From the IMG/VR virus record IMGVR_UViG_3300025816_000006, positions 32,001 to 96,000 of that record: a stretch of 64,000 bases of DNA. One strand, written 5' to 3'. Positions 38,201-46,500 of this stretch are shown piece after piece. This stretch comes from a virus. Below the pieces are notes generated by a model. It worked only from the letters and a program-made list of their open reading frames with translations. It was not told where the DNA came from and did no database searches. Within the stretch, counting starts at the first letter, position 1. Every line of letters starts with the position of its first letter. The translations under genes were made by a program, and so were the position numbers.

Positions 38201-40822
38201 GGTGATGCAAATGCTGACTTTAAGGTTATTGCAGGTTCAGGTTACAGGTTGTATATAAACTACATATCTGAAAGTCCAGATGAGAAATTTGATATAAACT
38301 TAGGATTTGATGGTGTGTCCTTCTCCCCTTATCCAGATGATAGAGAAGAGAGTGGGGATGGTAATGTAGATGATGATAGCAGAAAGCTAGATAGAACAGA
38401 TACTTACAAGATAAAAACTAAAGTATTTGACATAAAAGCTAAAGACACTTCTACTGAATTTTCTCTCAAGTTTGATACCGATGAATGGAGACAAATTAAG
38501 AGCGCAGACTTTGATGGCAATAGACCTTTAACGCCAAGGGTTGTATCTATCTCTGGTTGTCCTCTGCCTATTGAGGTTGAAACACTGACATCAACAAGGA
38601 TCAAAGAAAGAAAGATCTATGTAACAAGATGTTCTGGTGTTCCTTTCTTCAATCCAGAGCAGAGAATAGAGTTTGATCCAGTCTTTAGGCCGATCTCGAC
38701 ACTAAATGACAAGTACTGTCAGTCGTCACCGGCTTGCGATGGCTATGGAGGTCAAATGATACAGGATGGCCCTATCATCGCAGCAGATGAGCTAGAACAC
38801 TTCACAACCTTTAATGCTGGTAGAAATAGATCTAGAATTGTAGTTCTTTCTGACTCCACCTTGATACAAGGTCAGTCGCCTTACTTTAGAAACGACGCTC
38901 TTGAAGAAAATCAGAAGTTTATAAGAAGCTTGTACCCAACAAGTCCAGAGAAATATGGAAACATGGAGTATAGCAATGATACTAACTTTATTGACGGCGT
39001 AAGGAAATTCTCTTTCACACAAAAAATATTGTCACCACAAAGAGGCAGTGCTGCTAAATACTACGCTGCAAGCGGTCTTACTAATTTAGTTGACAGGTAT
39101 ACTCTTGGTGGATCTCTTGGCAATTTAACCAAGTACACAGACCAAGAGAGCAGTAAAAATCCGGGAGATATATTTAGAGAGTTTAGCCCAGAAACACCAG
39201 AAAAACTAGAGCAAGAATTAGAAAAATTTGGTGAAGATATTATACCAATCTATGGTGTTTATCCTAGATATAGCGGCATAATAGATGGAAAACTTTATCT
39301 AGATGCTGGTATTGAGGGCGGTATGCCACAGTTCATGATTGACAAACACAAAGACTATATTGACTTTGACATGCTTGCATCTGGGTATGCTGGTGATTTA
39401 TTTGGCATATCCATTGATATTCATAACGATAAACTAATTGTAGGCGCACCGTTTAATGGGTTCCTAGATGAAGACATTCGCTCATGGCCTGAATTAACAA
39501 ATCTACATGCGTCTGGGTTCGTAGGTTCTGGCCTTAAACTAAGTGGCAATGGTGGCGCTGGCGCTGCATTCTATTACGAAAGAACTGGCAGAGGTAAAAA
39601 TTCAGTATCAGAATTCTTACCTTGGCAATTCCAGCAAAAGATTAAACCCAGTAGCATTAACGTTGGTATAGACAACGCAACTTTAGCAAAGCTAAAAGAA
39701 CAAAAAGCACATCGTCCTATTGATATCACAAGCGATTTTGTTGCGAAAAACGCAATGATTACAGACAGGTTCGGCTATTCAGTTTCTATTGATTCTGACT
39801 TTGCTGCGATAGGCGCACCCGCCCATGACTTTGAGACTACACATCAGCATATTTATGGAGGAAGTGCTGCATTTATTAGAAAAGAATTTGGAGGAGAGTT
39901 TGATATACCTGAACACAAGTTCTTTGATCTTGGTAGCTCTGGCGTTAGAATAGATGACTTCAATAGAGCTAGTGGTAAAATGGTGCTAAATAATGGCGCT
40001 GTGTTTACTTATCGTCACAAAATGACAGATTGGGCGGCAAGATCTAAAGAGTGGGTTTACGCTCAGAAAATGTACCCAGAAGGATTTAGCGATAGAAACA
40101 CTGTTGCTCTGACTGGATGTGAAAATGATTTCTTTGGATTCTCTGTTGCCATAGATAGAGCTAGACGTGGAGATAGCGATTACGTTATGGTTGCCGGTTC
40201 TCCAAATCATAACTATCCAACCAGTGGTCAACATACAACACAAGAGCTTGAAGATGCTGGTTCTTCTTATACTTTTGACGCGATGCTTAGAGAACAGCTT
40301 GCATCCCTACCAAATGCTGCAAGTTACATTGATGCACAGGTATTTGGACACAAACCAGAAAGTCAAGCAGACAGATTGAGAAATATTGTTTACCAAAATA
40401 CCACAGGTGGACAAGAAACATTTGAAGTGAGTGGTATAATCATTGCTAATGAAAATGGTGATGTTTTCTTGGAGGTTTCGGGTCAAGATCCAGCAACCAA
40501 AGGCTTTGTTGCTCACAGACCATATGTAGAATTGGTTAGGGGTGAATTAATATCTGGAACTGGCGTCAATCAAGAGTTTAACTTGATAACAGATGGTCAA
40601 CCTGTTCCTAGAAGCGGTTTTATGAATCTTTCTATTCCCGGTCCATCGTCCGATATAGTGTATAATAATATGAATCTCTACAGCTTTGGAGCTTATGTAG
40701 GAAGTGGAGATATGCCTTTGTATATGCAGGTTGCTAGTGGCACTTCTAATAATTCTTTAGATTTGTTGCTAAAAGACCCTCAGATCATAGCCAATATGAA
40801 TTTAAGGATAAGAGGTAAATAA
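26282..40822 (+). CDS. Giant (4846 aa) virion adhesin-like protein with beta-propeller/FG-GAP repeats and LamG domains
   Basis: Seven N-terminal S/N-x-D/N-G blade motifs, LamG motifs (WHHYCIT, YVDG, YDDIRVYNKTLS) and seven FG...GAP motifs in the C-terminal half. Confidence 0.8.
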   Translation: MKSCETISVTMNGVGDLDRCTVSMDLGASQELNGVGFVEQAKVTRVCTSKKLITTAIGSGPLYDITLDEIIEDEHKKFFDERPVEAVIEYERKLEKPEINRALLGGEQFAFSPSLNEPNYGKFDIEVPSLFIDNPESHAKSDFCRVLKSKLSGDGSTLAILADRVDTGVDGFKNTQLYIYKRNGEQWNTHSTIVVDETSLSEISNENQFYGNKYLDSNLAINKNGDFIAVSFLDRGDNSDLLGRAHLYKLGFSTNDEYDLCALSAFLGGFEYLGVDLSLSDDGTILAASSRTWSGSAFPRFQGNVRVLKFTETSSTEPAANFQQLGSTLTSNIFGQYFRVNAFGEKIAINGNGDRLAVLRIDTSTGIQSENTKAFVNIYEYQSDAWVLVQQLENDKFLFDPGEEAYFGNDGGTGYRQEDSTSGFDLAISQDGKAVAFGAIDPFPDSFNDARGGAVITWRETSTNVWKTLTVIKPDYTRERDDAGSFDAVGLGGNLSFSSDGKKLMISQDKSVCVYEDISESPVSSPLPQPGYFVVGSADSDDWVKVSQIDIFNCPPITRNDKIKRPFNAYHPITDASMSQDGSYVVILKNNFIHPTQDGFLVQPDQASQQAVYKVDYTKAVNKFDRDLLSNYIDWKDGSISCKDLKFQSELEIDTDSLRDYRCIDSPYNADFKQSEIFQSDANIEVSDNMSVSFFLNGPTSNLYSSDPVIKIYNSNGSMSVGLDNLNNSQDRLFLSFNQFGSSSIGFLRSSEDPAHYDSDQFGGLYEIKADNNYESDWHHYCITSESHPSDPDLNIIKGYVDGRFIDQITIENIPDNSNLFGCKLSLDSPRTALDPYDGEERQDFNGNLTPAYDDIRVYNKTLSQNEINLLASHRVKVTRRDIYFYDYLKEENGVISLEYNRSTYKDVPISSFCKDQPIPAPPDFAGCDFGTECVIDAEIKFCYDSTLPNIVPIFGLYASGISGVGFLESNSPPHIQLVSYHQKNLLGRGIIFDGGLMAHSLNLKMSGVSDLSTGFVDKYNGSFFDLSAVQKLYPSSDISNVGFVSSDGDFDLFNKIDEGVYEGDWQIDSTRISDDSESYVQLIAPDTKGSFSYECGITNTLFDPEESLIRFRLSGPTSTSDCALPPRYTIKNIKLKDPQGTLITQYEDIVFIGDSDFDNDINYTSVVRSEKINKVKGFYRWQDTYPTLDSGNAPHGFSLSFDIDAEDLGAEFTLGYSKAFKEDTTQLSSPSINNSLRISAIEILTSGRASNYQEHYINLMTPVVDTGRRIEKCFHPTFFPKFDFDTGIWPSVSSIWYANNDVDYSNQSTQGSLQLLENIRDPEDDTFAILNSMGDIENSGKLTLKFGYSPSSQKEIQAGSFSDAFGEGRNKRDNIWFSPSGAFSGLTTSTTDIDHNFFKFDSITLKVRAKKAVGSRDYVLDVVGYSDDCLLNVTSAVGGFLQNTSGVTFPDHSDDSLVFYGNTGSIPTTSGFKNVDDLGLSTEPFSNKDHYFESNSTNNAGGDHYLLTTYPTVTSTEFEWYEIPLKAYEDNVEIGRSKQYNLSSLLERLYLDIYPLPTGAAISNIHLCVRYAPQNAFNLTSQGGEKIGRIADGRTEGSYFPTSRQSNDLIINAGSGFNPLSYISGIPQAFTTPDSLKSNYSRRWRGMEGTVQGPYDVDQFGFGFENPHLDYPFISGFYLFEDNSTTIRPVVGALTGTLTTSYDNFQFTNIGWRFSNSGLFTDRWPTYSTPYTTTDWTALEDGSNNFQNHELYGQVADAFRNVVRISGQNSFINFGNINYGPQGDLGLSVYIRFTPDANVSGANYNLFNSGVLVSKYDAGQDIEFCLGYSDGYLVAKAKDATSGSIKQAIDTVKYSGYQYPLSVIMTYNDDNSHKLKLYTDNEFESNWTTLRATSDSFYMDVNSSDLRVGHSPGSGVGFNMFLSEFGLSSGNIVQSTPDATHKEVTAQKFFENNRVYWWDEGETTSEDAYKLWDYVNENTYTDWHIGAFKHCEFNYEFDNLGSRPGKRTGRDLINFNIKHHGSGYIQYASLAMPSNVDSGVSYHTQIENDFLRLHLSDTPDNFYAVYPRVSKNLPHGYKFTEKALVVETVLEHKSDSHNIVWEDGSIGPKLIVSLYTKNQEPEHPLVEPFTEPNWGLVNRAIHYLPPSSCLMRFDSTFNYNDYCDESEKWALFPHEPRLTELTEKYFSKDVDDMFLQYDLVYPSGPAFDSRIDMHTCHVRAEDAFVNATNTSGVFNLYTSGNPSPVTGVLDMFTFNASGMGPEFGWSPASGLNMILRAPIEVNESGFILYASGEQISAESLKTFIDGHELIKESGFNLIASGDGRTWTSFPPRGGAVVGSDFVVGDAPTIPPLPMLVFGKGVDSGVLPLSIGAIKSPTSPEASLPLSLFPSTAGSGGVRDFMPVYLLQNFSNEPGPKSGELELSIIGAAGLSSRYRNASTNLSLRGPDRLPLKENVNLTLYGDNLSEVVSTGSLNLFSSNYTGFNTPFYLWYNNNYGTGITLEDNNIASILVGDEIRGVTLFGYGSCTGDSPQKAIDPAIITDDTVWREETCNEGGIFRATKTYTNLSAGYSGNYYGIRKLQGLIPDAPYMTTLKIRTGSTTAIPVPRDWEEWEYGTCGPDTIGGCCPDDACSRNINFSGIKLIGDYPYLSGDATHYDVSGRLAGDNYGHAVAVKKDLMAVGAPKHNIYDERGELLNDAGAVFLYRRNEDVAGLKADWELEEKVLLPSGYRQDHISATYQNLLCYPNNITKEFCISGQQWNIGQEGREFGYSLDLASSGDKETLVVGAPGAYWDRTFEDIVVSGIPVLMLVFTDKFSYNKEKIAAIGNTALKYDILYKYFAVPWDIGGSDFQPQLDINVLLCQIHDSDQKDSLPKVRSDKPWFHHLYINNLLDGNEDSTVLKNTAVSGIQKKFFEMFPYSNNLYSGIPPIVGVFGDDTPSTFNKGAFQPALDEFLSFYQDYAYQSGIKDLTNDTEQSGYIKQIYSDSFNWDKASVEILNETLATGNLLTQKQVQFPDYNSAGNVVMNYITSGVGQQYARSNSYEFQIPPESGGRVYIFEKESGNFNLVQEIVSPQEDLKMFDSDDFAGAMDENGLPYGVKPNDRFGHAVSISNNSEVVTVGSPYSSEACLIYERDEKENARMYKGIRSWLDFNSLVAESTRYDTLLAASGDLEVQKTIYHELTKGNKFLLRSDKNFWGKTPINLYKKIFKYDYSDIPYTGTWGFIPQEVAGTSRLGYSTAVGEDGDIVAFGAPTDSFNEFDDYNVYYRSEDTWASYMQAGAVRVFESRKYYPHSGAVEFTRFGNLDRSVHGSGDNQQFYDQMGLYFKPDNVSFERLPFSEIEIPQSAGLAFIITPEIDAASDEIIDNIKSWLALGDRTLVLVGNDPIWEDDGLYFDSNEIVNKVLQKLGSRMRLVPARNEYESLVGGVAESDYNNDKYNVTKAFIPDYIHDTHLTNNNMFASGVADIRIDISDLELEDLLLHSPCDKINTRCEHTIQHMGDLRAQWNSECIVAGTPPGKIEFKTNWPFHFNNENPARDCSFWPQNPKPYIDRPGEAIRPVLTAAEHITPPPRIIAASSGEKEQCTTSLSGIIKTEYTTSTKLYEFADTQIDELAFSISQPSGTLLSGIFDDFTRGQFFDPAPFDKRNSFMQAAGTSYEIDVPPDDVVVSPESVWATEESYLNNTVDTGSKVILFASMLSETDWALGKSNNAGEDPNNKDQNIFFYNNLVALDCNSAGNIIQLGGWTGRNSFKSAFSDSAIAKTFIQGGHTVSSGVLFTDNDPISTIHNVAWVADPVAKPSDEDITRLKNWLNTGNKKLVMTYSANQEKANIIEYICDQLELNTKPFYSKANGAYFVQDTELVAQGNTQGIPYDSQGGIEQAQLIDETASVFVGCNKGYAFNAITAETKVEKLAIIPKDANQQDYSSEVDFETGFTEYAFIPIKPGANTKKLVRYKAPLIEKRFNNPYIYWKIDGDANADFKVIAGSGYRLYINYISESPDEKFDINLGFDGVSFSPYPDDREESGDGNVDDDSRKLDRTDTYKIKTKVFDIKAKDTSTEFSLKFDTDEWRQIKSADFDGNRPLTPRVVSISGCPLPIEVETLTSTRIKERKIYVTRCSGVPFFNPEQRIEFDPVFRPISTLNDKYCQSSPACDGYGGQMIQDGPIIAADELEHFTTFNAGRNRSRIVVLSDSTLIQGQSPYFRNDALEENQKFIRSLYPTSPEKYGNMEYSNDTNFIDGVRKFSFTQKILSPQRGSAAKYYAASGLTNLVDRYTLGGSLGNLTKYTDQESSKNPGDIFREFSPETPEKLEQELEKFGEDIIPIYGVYPRYSGIIDGKLYLDAGIEGGMPQFMIDKHKDYIDFDMLASGYAGDLFGISIDIHNDKLIVGAPFNGFLDEDIRSWPELTNLHASGFVGSGLKLSGNGGAGAAFYYERTGRGKNSVSEFLPWQFQQKIKPSSINVGIDNATLAKLKEQKAHRPIDITSDFVAKNAMITDRFGYSVSIDSDFAAIGAPAHDFETTHQHIYGGSAAFIRKEFGGEFDIPEHKFFDLGSSGVRIDDFNRASGKMVLNNGAVFTYRHKMTDWAARSKEWVYAQKMYPEGFSDRNTVALTGCENDFFGFSVAIDRARRGDSDYVMVAGSPNHNYPTSGQHTTQELEDAGSSYTFDAMLREQLASLPNAASYIDAQVFGHKPESQADRLRNIVYQNTTGGQETFEVSGIIIANENGDVFLEVSGQDPATKGFVAHRPYVELVRGELISGTGVNQEFNLITDGQPVPRSGFMNLSIPGPSSDIVYNNMNLYSFGAYVGSGDMPLYMQVASGTSNNSLDLLLKDPQIIANMNLRIRGK
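40658..40667 (+). promoter_or_regulatory. Candidate promoter motif GTGTATAATA
   Basis: Exact motif ~155 bp upstream of the 40822 start, within the end of the giant gene. Confidence 0.4.
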
Positions 40823-42633
40823 TGCCCATTAGAGTAAGTTATAATAACGACCCCCAGCAAAAATGTACATTAAGGCCAGTGCCTTTTATGTCCATAGGAA
40901 CGTCTATTCTTAAAAACGGCGCGGGCGAAGCATTTGGTGCGGTATACACGATAACATTAAATGGCACACTTTTGGCGGATCAAGGTACTCCTTACGCCAC
41001 AAAACCCGTATTTGACGTTGGCGCTAGTGAACACGTAAGGTACGACTTTCATTCTATTCCTGCTACTTATCCGGGAAGCTATGCAACCAGTAAAGTCGGT
41101 CCTTACAAAAGTTTTGATAACGTTATAGGTGCAGATAAGTATCCTATCAAGCAGAAAGTTCCTCCTAACGAAGCTTCACACGCCTTGTTTGTCAAACAAA
41201 AGGCACTAAGAGGACTGTTCGCCAGAGATGGGCAAAGGGTAGAGTTGTCAAACTGGTCTGACGACGAAGAAACAATTATTTGTTATCCAAGGGTTTTGGA
41301 TATTAGTTTTGAAGAAGGTATCTATGTAGATAAATGTGATTATACAATTACACTTGAAGCAGATACTCTTTTAAACAGCAAGCTTCACGTTGATGCCGAA
41401 GGCGCTTTGATAGCAGGAGATGGTATTGCTAGAAGCGGTTTGCTAGAACAAGATTTATTAAGAGAACAAGATAAGCAGTTTCATCCTAATGCACACCCAG
41501 TTCTAGCTAGTTTAAGCGGTGCTTTCATAAGTGATTTTTCTGAAGACTGGTCTTTAGAAATAGACGATACCCTTACAGAACAGCCTCATGTAAATAGATC
41601 TTATAGAGTAACTCATACAATAAACGCCACCGGTAAAACTCACTACGGACCAAAAGACAACACAGAGAGTGAAATAGTAAAGAGAGATGCGTGGGAACAA
41701 GCTAGACTATTTGTTCAAAAAAAGCTATGTAGTTCTGTAAAAGACTTGTATCCAAATAGCTCTGGACTCATAGGTAAAGGTATAATAAATTTACATGATG
41801 CTTATCAGGGATATAATCACACAAGAACAGAACAGATAAACCAGTCTGCTGGTAGCTATGCGGTCACAGAAACATTCTTGCTAGCTAGCGGTACGTCCTA
41901 CGAAACCTACAGCATGAATATTTCTAGCGACATAAGCAGCCCATTTGTTTCCGTAAGTATTGATGGAAATGTCAAGGGTCTTACACCTATTGATCCAAGC
42001 GGCTCTGCTTTTGGCGGAAAACATCTACAGAACTCCGCATCCGGTGCTTACGATGTTGCTATTAATAAATATATGTTGATATCTAATAGTGGTAGGTTTG
42101 GCATCGGCGCTGACTTGTACAAAAGAGCAAATGCTTCTGTTGCGGTTCAACTTAATTCTCAACCTAATTCAGTGTCTCTGGGGATGAATGAGAATACGGG
42201 AGAGATAACATATAATTTATCTTTTGACAACAGACCTACAAATATTGTTTCTGGAGTGTTGTCTGAAAATATAACTGTAACCGACACGTATCCCGGAGAT
42301 GTATTTGCTGTAATTCCTGTTCTTGGTCGTCCAACCGGACCTGTGCTTCAATATATTGGAGGGAGGACTGAGTACAGAAGAGATGTTCAATTGGTTTTAC
42401 AGATGGATTATACAAAGATACCTTACGGTTCAACTAGAAATTCTTTACTTCTAAAAAAACCCAGCGTGATAGAACCAACAGCTAGCCAAATAAGCAAGTT
42501 GATTCAAGAGCTAAGTCCTGAAGGTGAGCAGGGTGTTAGAAAGTATTTCTTATCTCCACCACAGGAAGGTTGGAGTCCCAAGGAAGGCTCTTATAATATT
42601 AGTTTATCTTGGACTTACGAGTTAGATAAATGA
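40822..42633 (+). CDS. Tail-tip structural protein (possibly distal-tail/hub-like)
   Basis: Beta-rich, with YTITLNGTL, YTITLEA, SEDWSLE and ITYNLSFD strands; TAATG-coupled; lies after the tape measure. Confidence 0.55.
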   Translation: MPIRVSYNNDPQQKCTLRPVPFMSIGTSILKNGAGEAFGAVYTITLNGTLLADQGTPYATKPVFDVGASEHVRYDFHSIPATYPGSYATSKVGPYKSFDNVIGADKYPIKQKVPPNEASHALFVKQKALRGLFARDGQRVELSNWSDDEETIICYPRVLDISFEEGIYVDKCDYTITLEADTLLNSKLHVDAEGALIAGDGIARSGLLEQDLLREQDKQFHPNAHPVLASLSGAFISDFSEDWSLEIDDTLTEQPHVNRSYRVTHTINATGKTHYGPKDNTESEIVKRDAWEQARLFVQKKLCSSVKDLYPNSSGLIGKGIINLHDAYQGYNHTRTEQINQSAGSYAVTETFLLASGTSYETYSMNISSDISSPFVSVSIDGNVKGLTPIDPSGSAFGGKHLQNSASGAYDVAINKYMLISNSGRFGIGADLYKRANASVAVQLNSQPNSVSLGMNENTGEITYNLSFDNRPTNIVSGVLSENITVTDTYPGDVFAVIPVLGRPTGPVLQYIGGRTEYRRDVQLVLQMDYTKIPYGSTRNSLLLKKPSVIEPTASQISKLIQELSPEGEQGVRKYFLSPPQEGWSPKEGSYNISLSWTYELDK

Positions 42634-43520
42634 GCCATTCAGGAATAACCCCACTAACATCAGAGCAGGTCAGAGTTGCTAGCGGTATGTTATTACCGTC
42701 TGGAGAAGCTAACTTTTTTGAGTTTAAGCAGCACACATCTTCTGACTGGGATTCTACCACGCCTACGGGAGATGTTTATTATTCTGCTAGTGGAAGCTGG
42801 AGTACTAGAAACCCAAACTATCTTGTAAAAAATTCAACACTTAGACATAAAGAGTTTCTGCTTACTGAAGGGCAAGATGATGGCGAGTCTGCTGATAAGT
42901 ATATTGTAGCCTCTGGCCTAAACTTCCCTTTTCCATATCCATATAATACATCTTACCCAGACAATGTGTATGGGGAAATGTTTTCTATCTCTTGGTGGGA
43001 AGCTAGCGGAATATATCAAACGTACCCAGAGGCAGCTTTTGTATTAATAGACAAAGAAAGACAAAGTGGTATTTTACATTGGGAGGGTTTTAGACAAGTA
43101 GAAAATTTATCCAACTCACCCAATGTAGCGCCCCTTATACCAGAAGTACAATTTAACAAATATATACATTACCTTCCTGAGTTTCCGTATCATAAACACG
43201 TAGATGAAACAGAATATAATATTGAATCGCCTGATTACACAGATCCTAGTGTCAATCTTCAAGGTTTAAGGAACAAACAAAAAAGAAAATATATAGAAGT
43301 AGAGTATTTATCTGACGTAAAAAAAAGAAACATAGCTACGGGTGGATTGTCCTATGTTTACGACGAAGACGGATTGTTTTCTGGAAACAAAACAAACGCT
43401 TCATATATAGAAGGTAAATGTGACTATCCAGACGGCACTTGTAGATCTAATGTTTCCCAGCAGGCTTGTGAAGCTTACCCCGGAGCTATTTGGACATCAG
43501 GAGAATCATGCGAGGATTAA
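42630..43520 (+). CDS. Hypothetical virion protein with Cys-rich C-terminal module
   Basis: C-terminus GKCDYPDGTCRSNVSQQACEAYPGAIWTSGESCED; 9 SG dipeptides. Confidence 0.7.
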   Translation: MSHSGITPLTSEQVRVASGMLLPSGEANFFEFKQHTSSDWDSTTPTGDVYYSASGSWSTRNPNYLVKNSTLRHKEFLLTEGQDDGESADKYIVASGLNFPFPYPYNTSYPDNVYGEMFSISWWEASGIYQTYPEAAFVLIDKERQSGILHWEGFRQVENLSNSPNVAPLIPEVQFNKYIHYLPEFPYHKHVDETEYNIESPDYTDPSVNLQGLRNKQKRKYIEVEYLSDVKKRNIATGGLSYVYDEDGLFSGNKTNASYIEGKCDYPDGTCRSNVSQQACEAYPGAIWTSGESCED

Positions 43521-43523
43521 TAA

Positions 43524-46500
43524 ATGAGTGATGAACATAAACCAAACTATTCAATAATACCACCAACTGGCGCTTTTAACCAAAACCAAGCAACCGGAAA
43601 GGGGTCTGAGTGGCCTAGTAAATTTGTTTTACCTCAAGGTCCATCTGGAACTTTCTCTAAAGGCGGCTGGACGGAAGGCAATGAAGGGTTCAATCAACAA
43701 ACCTTTTTGGGCGCTAGTATAAGAAATTTTAATATAGCGGGTGGCTTTGGCGACAGCAGTAGTAACTTGTCTGTATCTTTGGTAGAAGATGAGTACAATA
43801 AATCTGATTCTACGTTTCTAGGATTAGGTGACGATGTATATCATTCTGGAAATGGTGACAATTTTGTACCACCTCCAGTTGGGACTCCTGTTTTCTTTAA
43901 GTTTGGTAAGAACTGGGCAACCGTTGAGCAGGCTTACAGAAGAACAATAGATGAAACTTACGGCATATCCTCTATAGATTTAAAAAAATGGGATTTTGAG
44001 GATGAGTTAATTCAGCCTAGTGGGGCATTCTCTACGACTCCTTTTGAGCCTTCTGGAGACTTTCCTAATGCTAGAGGTAAGTTTTATCTAAGAAAAAATG
44101 AAAAGACGCTTATTTTTCCAGATATAGAAGATCCAAGAGACGATAAAAGAACTTGGGTTGATAAAAGTTTTCTTCATACACACGACGATAAAGACAGAGG
44201 GTATGAACACTTTGTATTTGGAGGTATACTACAAAGCGTTTCTGAAACCAGAGGCGCAAATGGAAATCCAGTTCAAACAGCACAAGTAACAGACCCAAGA
44301 GAAATACTAGGAAACTGTTCTCTTATATTAAACGACTATGCTGGCACTACATTTAACAATAAAAATCTTTTTAATGTTTATGGATTTTTAGAATACGACC
44401 CAAGCGATAGTTTGCAAAGACGACTAGATCAAACCTCTGAGTTTAAGTGGATTGTTGAAAAACAAGTTAATCAGACTGGACAAGTTCAATATTTTGGTAG
44501 AGACAAAGATAAATCAGTAACAACTATTAATTTCCCTGTTAATACAGAAAATCAACTACAACTGAATCCTTCTGCTGATTACTGGGATATTTACAAGTTT
44601 TCTCAAACTGTGACATCGGTTCCAAACCAAGGTAAAATTTTTAGCAGAGAGTCTATAGACACTGAAGTTGGTGCAGACGAAGAATTATTTCCTAAATTTT
44701 TTCCTATAACCGGAGAGGGTTTTTCTAGAAGAACCGAACAGGGTATACCTTGGTATAGAGTTAGTCAAGCGCTAGCCGCGCTGTTTCAACAATATGGAAA
44801 ATTACCTGAAGAATATTTAGAAGCAGGATTTGGAGGAACTATAGATTTTAGAGGATTTAATTACATTGTAGACTTTGGTGGGATACCTCTAAACAAAATA
44901 CCAAAAGCATACATGCTAAAATATAACCAAATAGATATATTAGCTTTGGCGCAAGAGCTTTGCGATGTCATTAGTCATGATCTTTTTGTTAGTCTTCTTC
45001 CTGTTGTCGATCCTTTGACAGATCTTGAAGATGAGCAGGATGAAAAAGCCGCTATAATGAATGCAGCTTTTGCTAAGAATAACTATTGGATCAAGAAAGC
45101 GACCGGTTACGATTTTGGTAGTGATAAATACAAGCAGGCCATATCTAATATTATTCATGGTGTCATAAGAATAGATGCTATTGACAGATCCAAGCAACCT
45201 TCATATGGCTCTATACAGTCTTATATAAATCAACTTGAGAATAAAGGTATTTATGTTGAGAATAGAAATCTTGGGTTTGAGCTTTCAAATGTTACCACTG
45301 ATAAATTTGTGGCTGGCGCACAAGAAGTTGAAATGTATTACTTCTCTACTTATAAAGATAGAGATAGCTTGGAGGCTAGAAAGCAAGCCGCTGGGGTTCC
45401 TAACAATTTACAAAATATAAACGAAAAACAGTGGACCCTAGAGGCTTCTCTTAAACAACAAGTTTTACCGTTTTATGGTTTTTTAGGTAAAAATGCCTTG
45501 TCTATTCCAAGGGGTTTTGGTGCATATCAACAAATAATGCTAGACGCTTCTTCTCTAGATGCGTTTGGTGTTGGCAATTATTATGTTGCAACAGAGATGG
45601 AACTTAGACATGCCATAAAAGGTTACGATGAATGGAAAGATTTTATATGTAAATATAACGATAGTTATATTGAAGAACTAGGTCAAAATAAAGCATTTTA
45701 TAAAGAGTTAGCCAAAACTACATCTAAAGATATAGAAGGTTTAGGTGGTGATCTTAGTGAACCTCTTGGTACTTGCATAACACCTACACTTGAGGGTGAA
45801 CCCGACATAATTACTACTGGTGTTCTGAAATCTTCATGTGATGGTGCAGATGAGACTTTTATAGAAACAAGTCCAGCACAACTTTTAAACAGAGAGTTTG
45901 GAGTTTCTGTACCAAGGTGCGTGTTTAATTCAGACAAAAACTTTATGAGCGATGATAATACGCCAGCAAGCCCTTGCTCTCCTCCTTACGGCTATCCTCT
46001 TTACTACAAGAGAGCGCAAAACATTGGTATATCTAAAGCGGGCGTGGCAAAAGTGACAGATGCAGTTACTAGAGTTAGAAGTCAGATAGAAACAATTAAA
46101 AACTACGCTTCTTCTGACCCAATGAATAACGTTTATAAGGCAAACTTTGAGGCTTTAGAAGAAGAAACGAAAATGCTAGAGGAGTTAGCTAGTTACGCCG
46201 GGGAAGATGCTATAGATGGCCTAAAAGAAACAATAAACTGCATATACGAGCAACAAAGAGCTATCACAGCAACTGAAAACGAACTAATCAAAGCTAGTGG
46301 AAATATAGCAAAAGTAGACAATGTGCTTAGAACAGCAAACGCTTTATCAGTTAATCTTTCTAATCTAGCTAGAAGGGGAGAAAGAAATGCTAGAAAAATA
46401 CATGAGTTTGTAGCAAAAATAGCGCAAGAAAACTTAGGAAAGAAGTTTCTAGTAAAAATTCCAAGGTTTTGTAATGTAAATTATAGCGAAATACCTGCAC

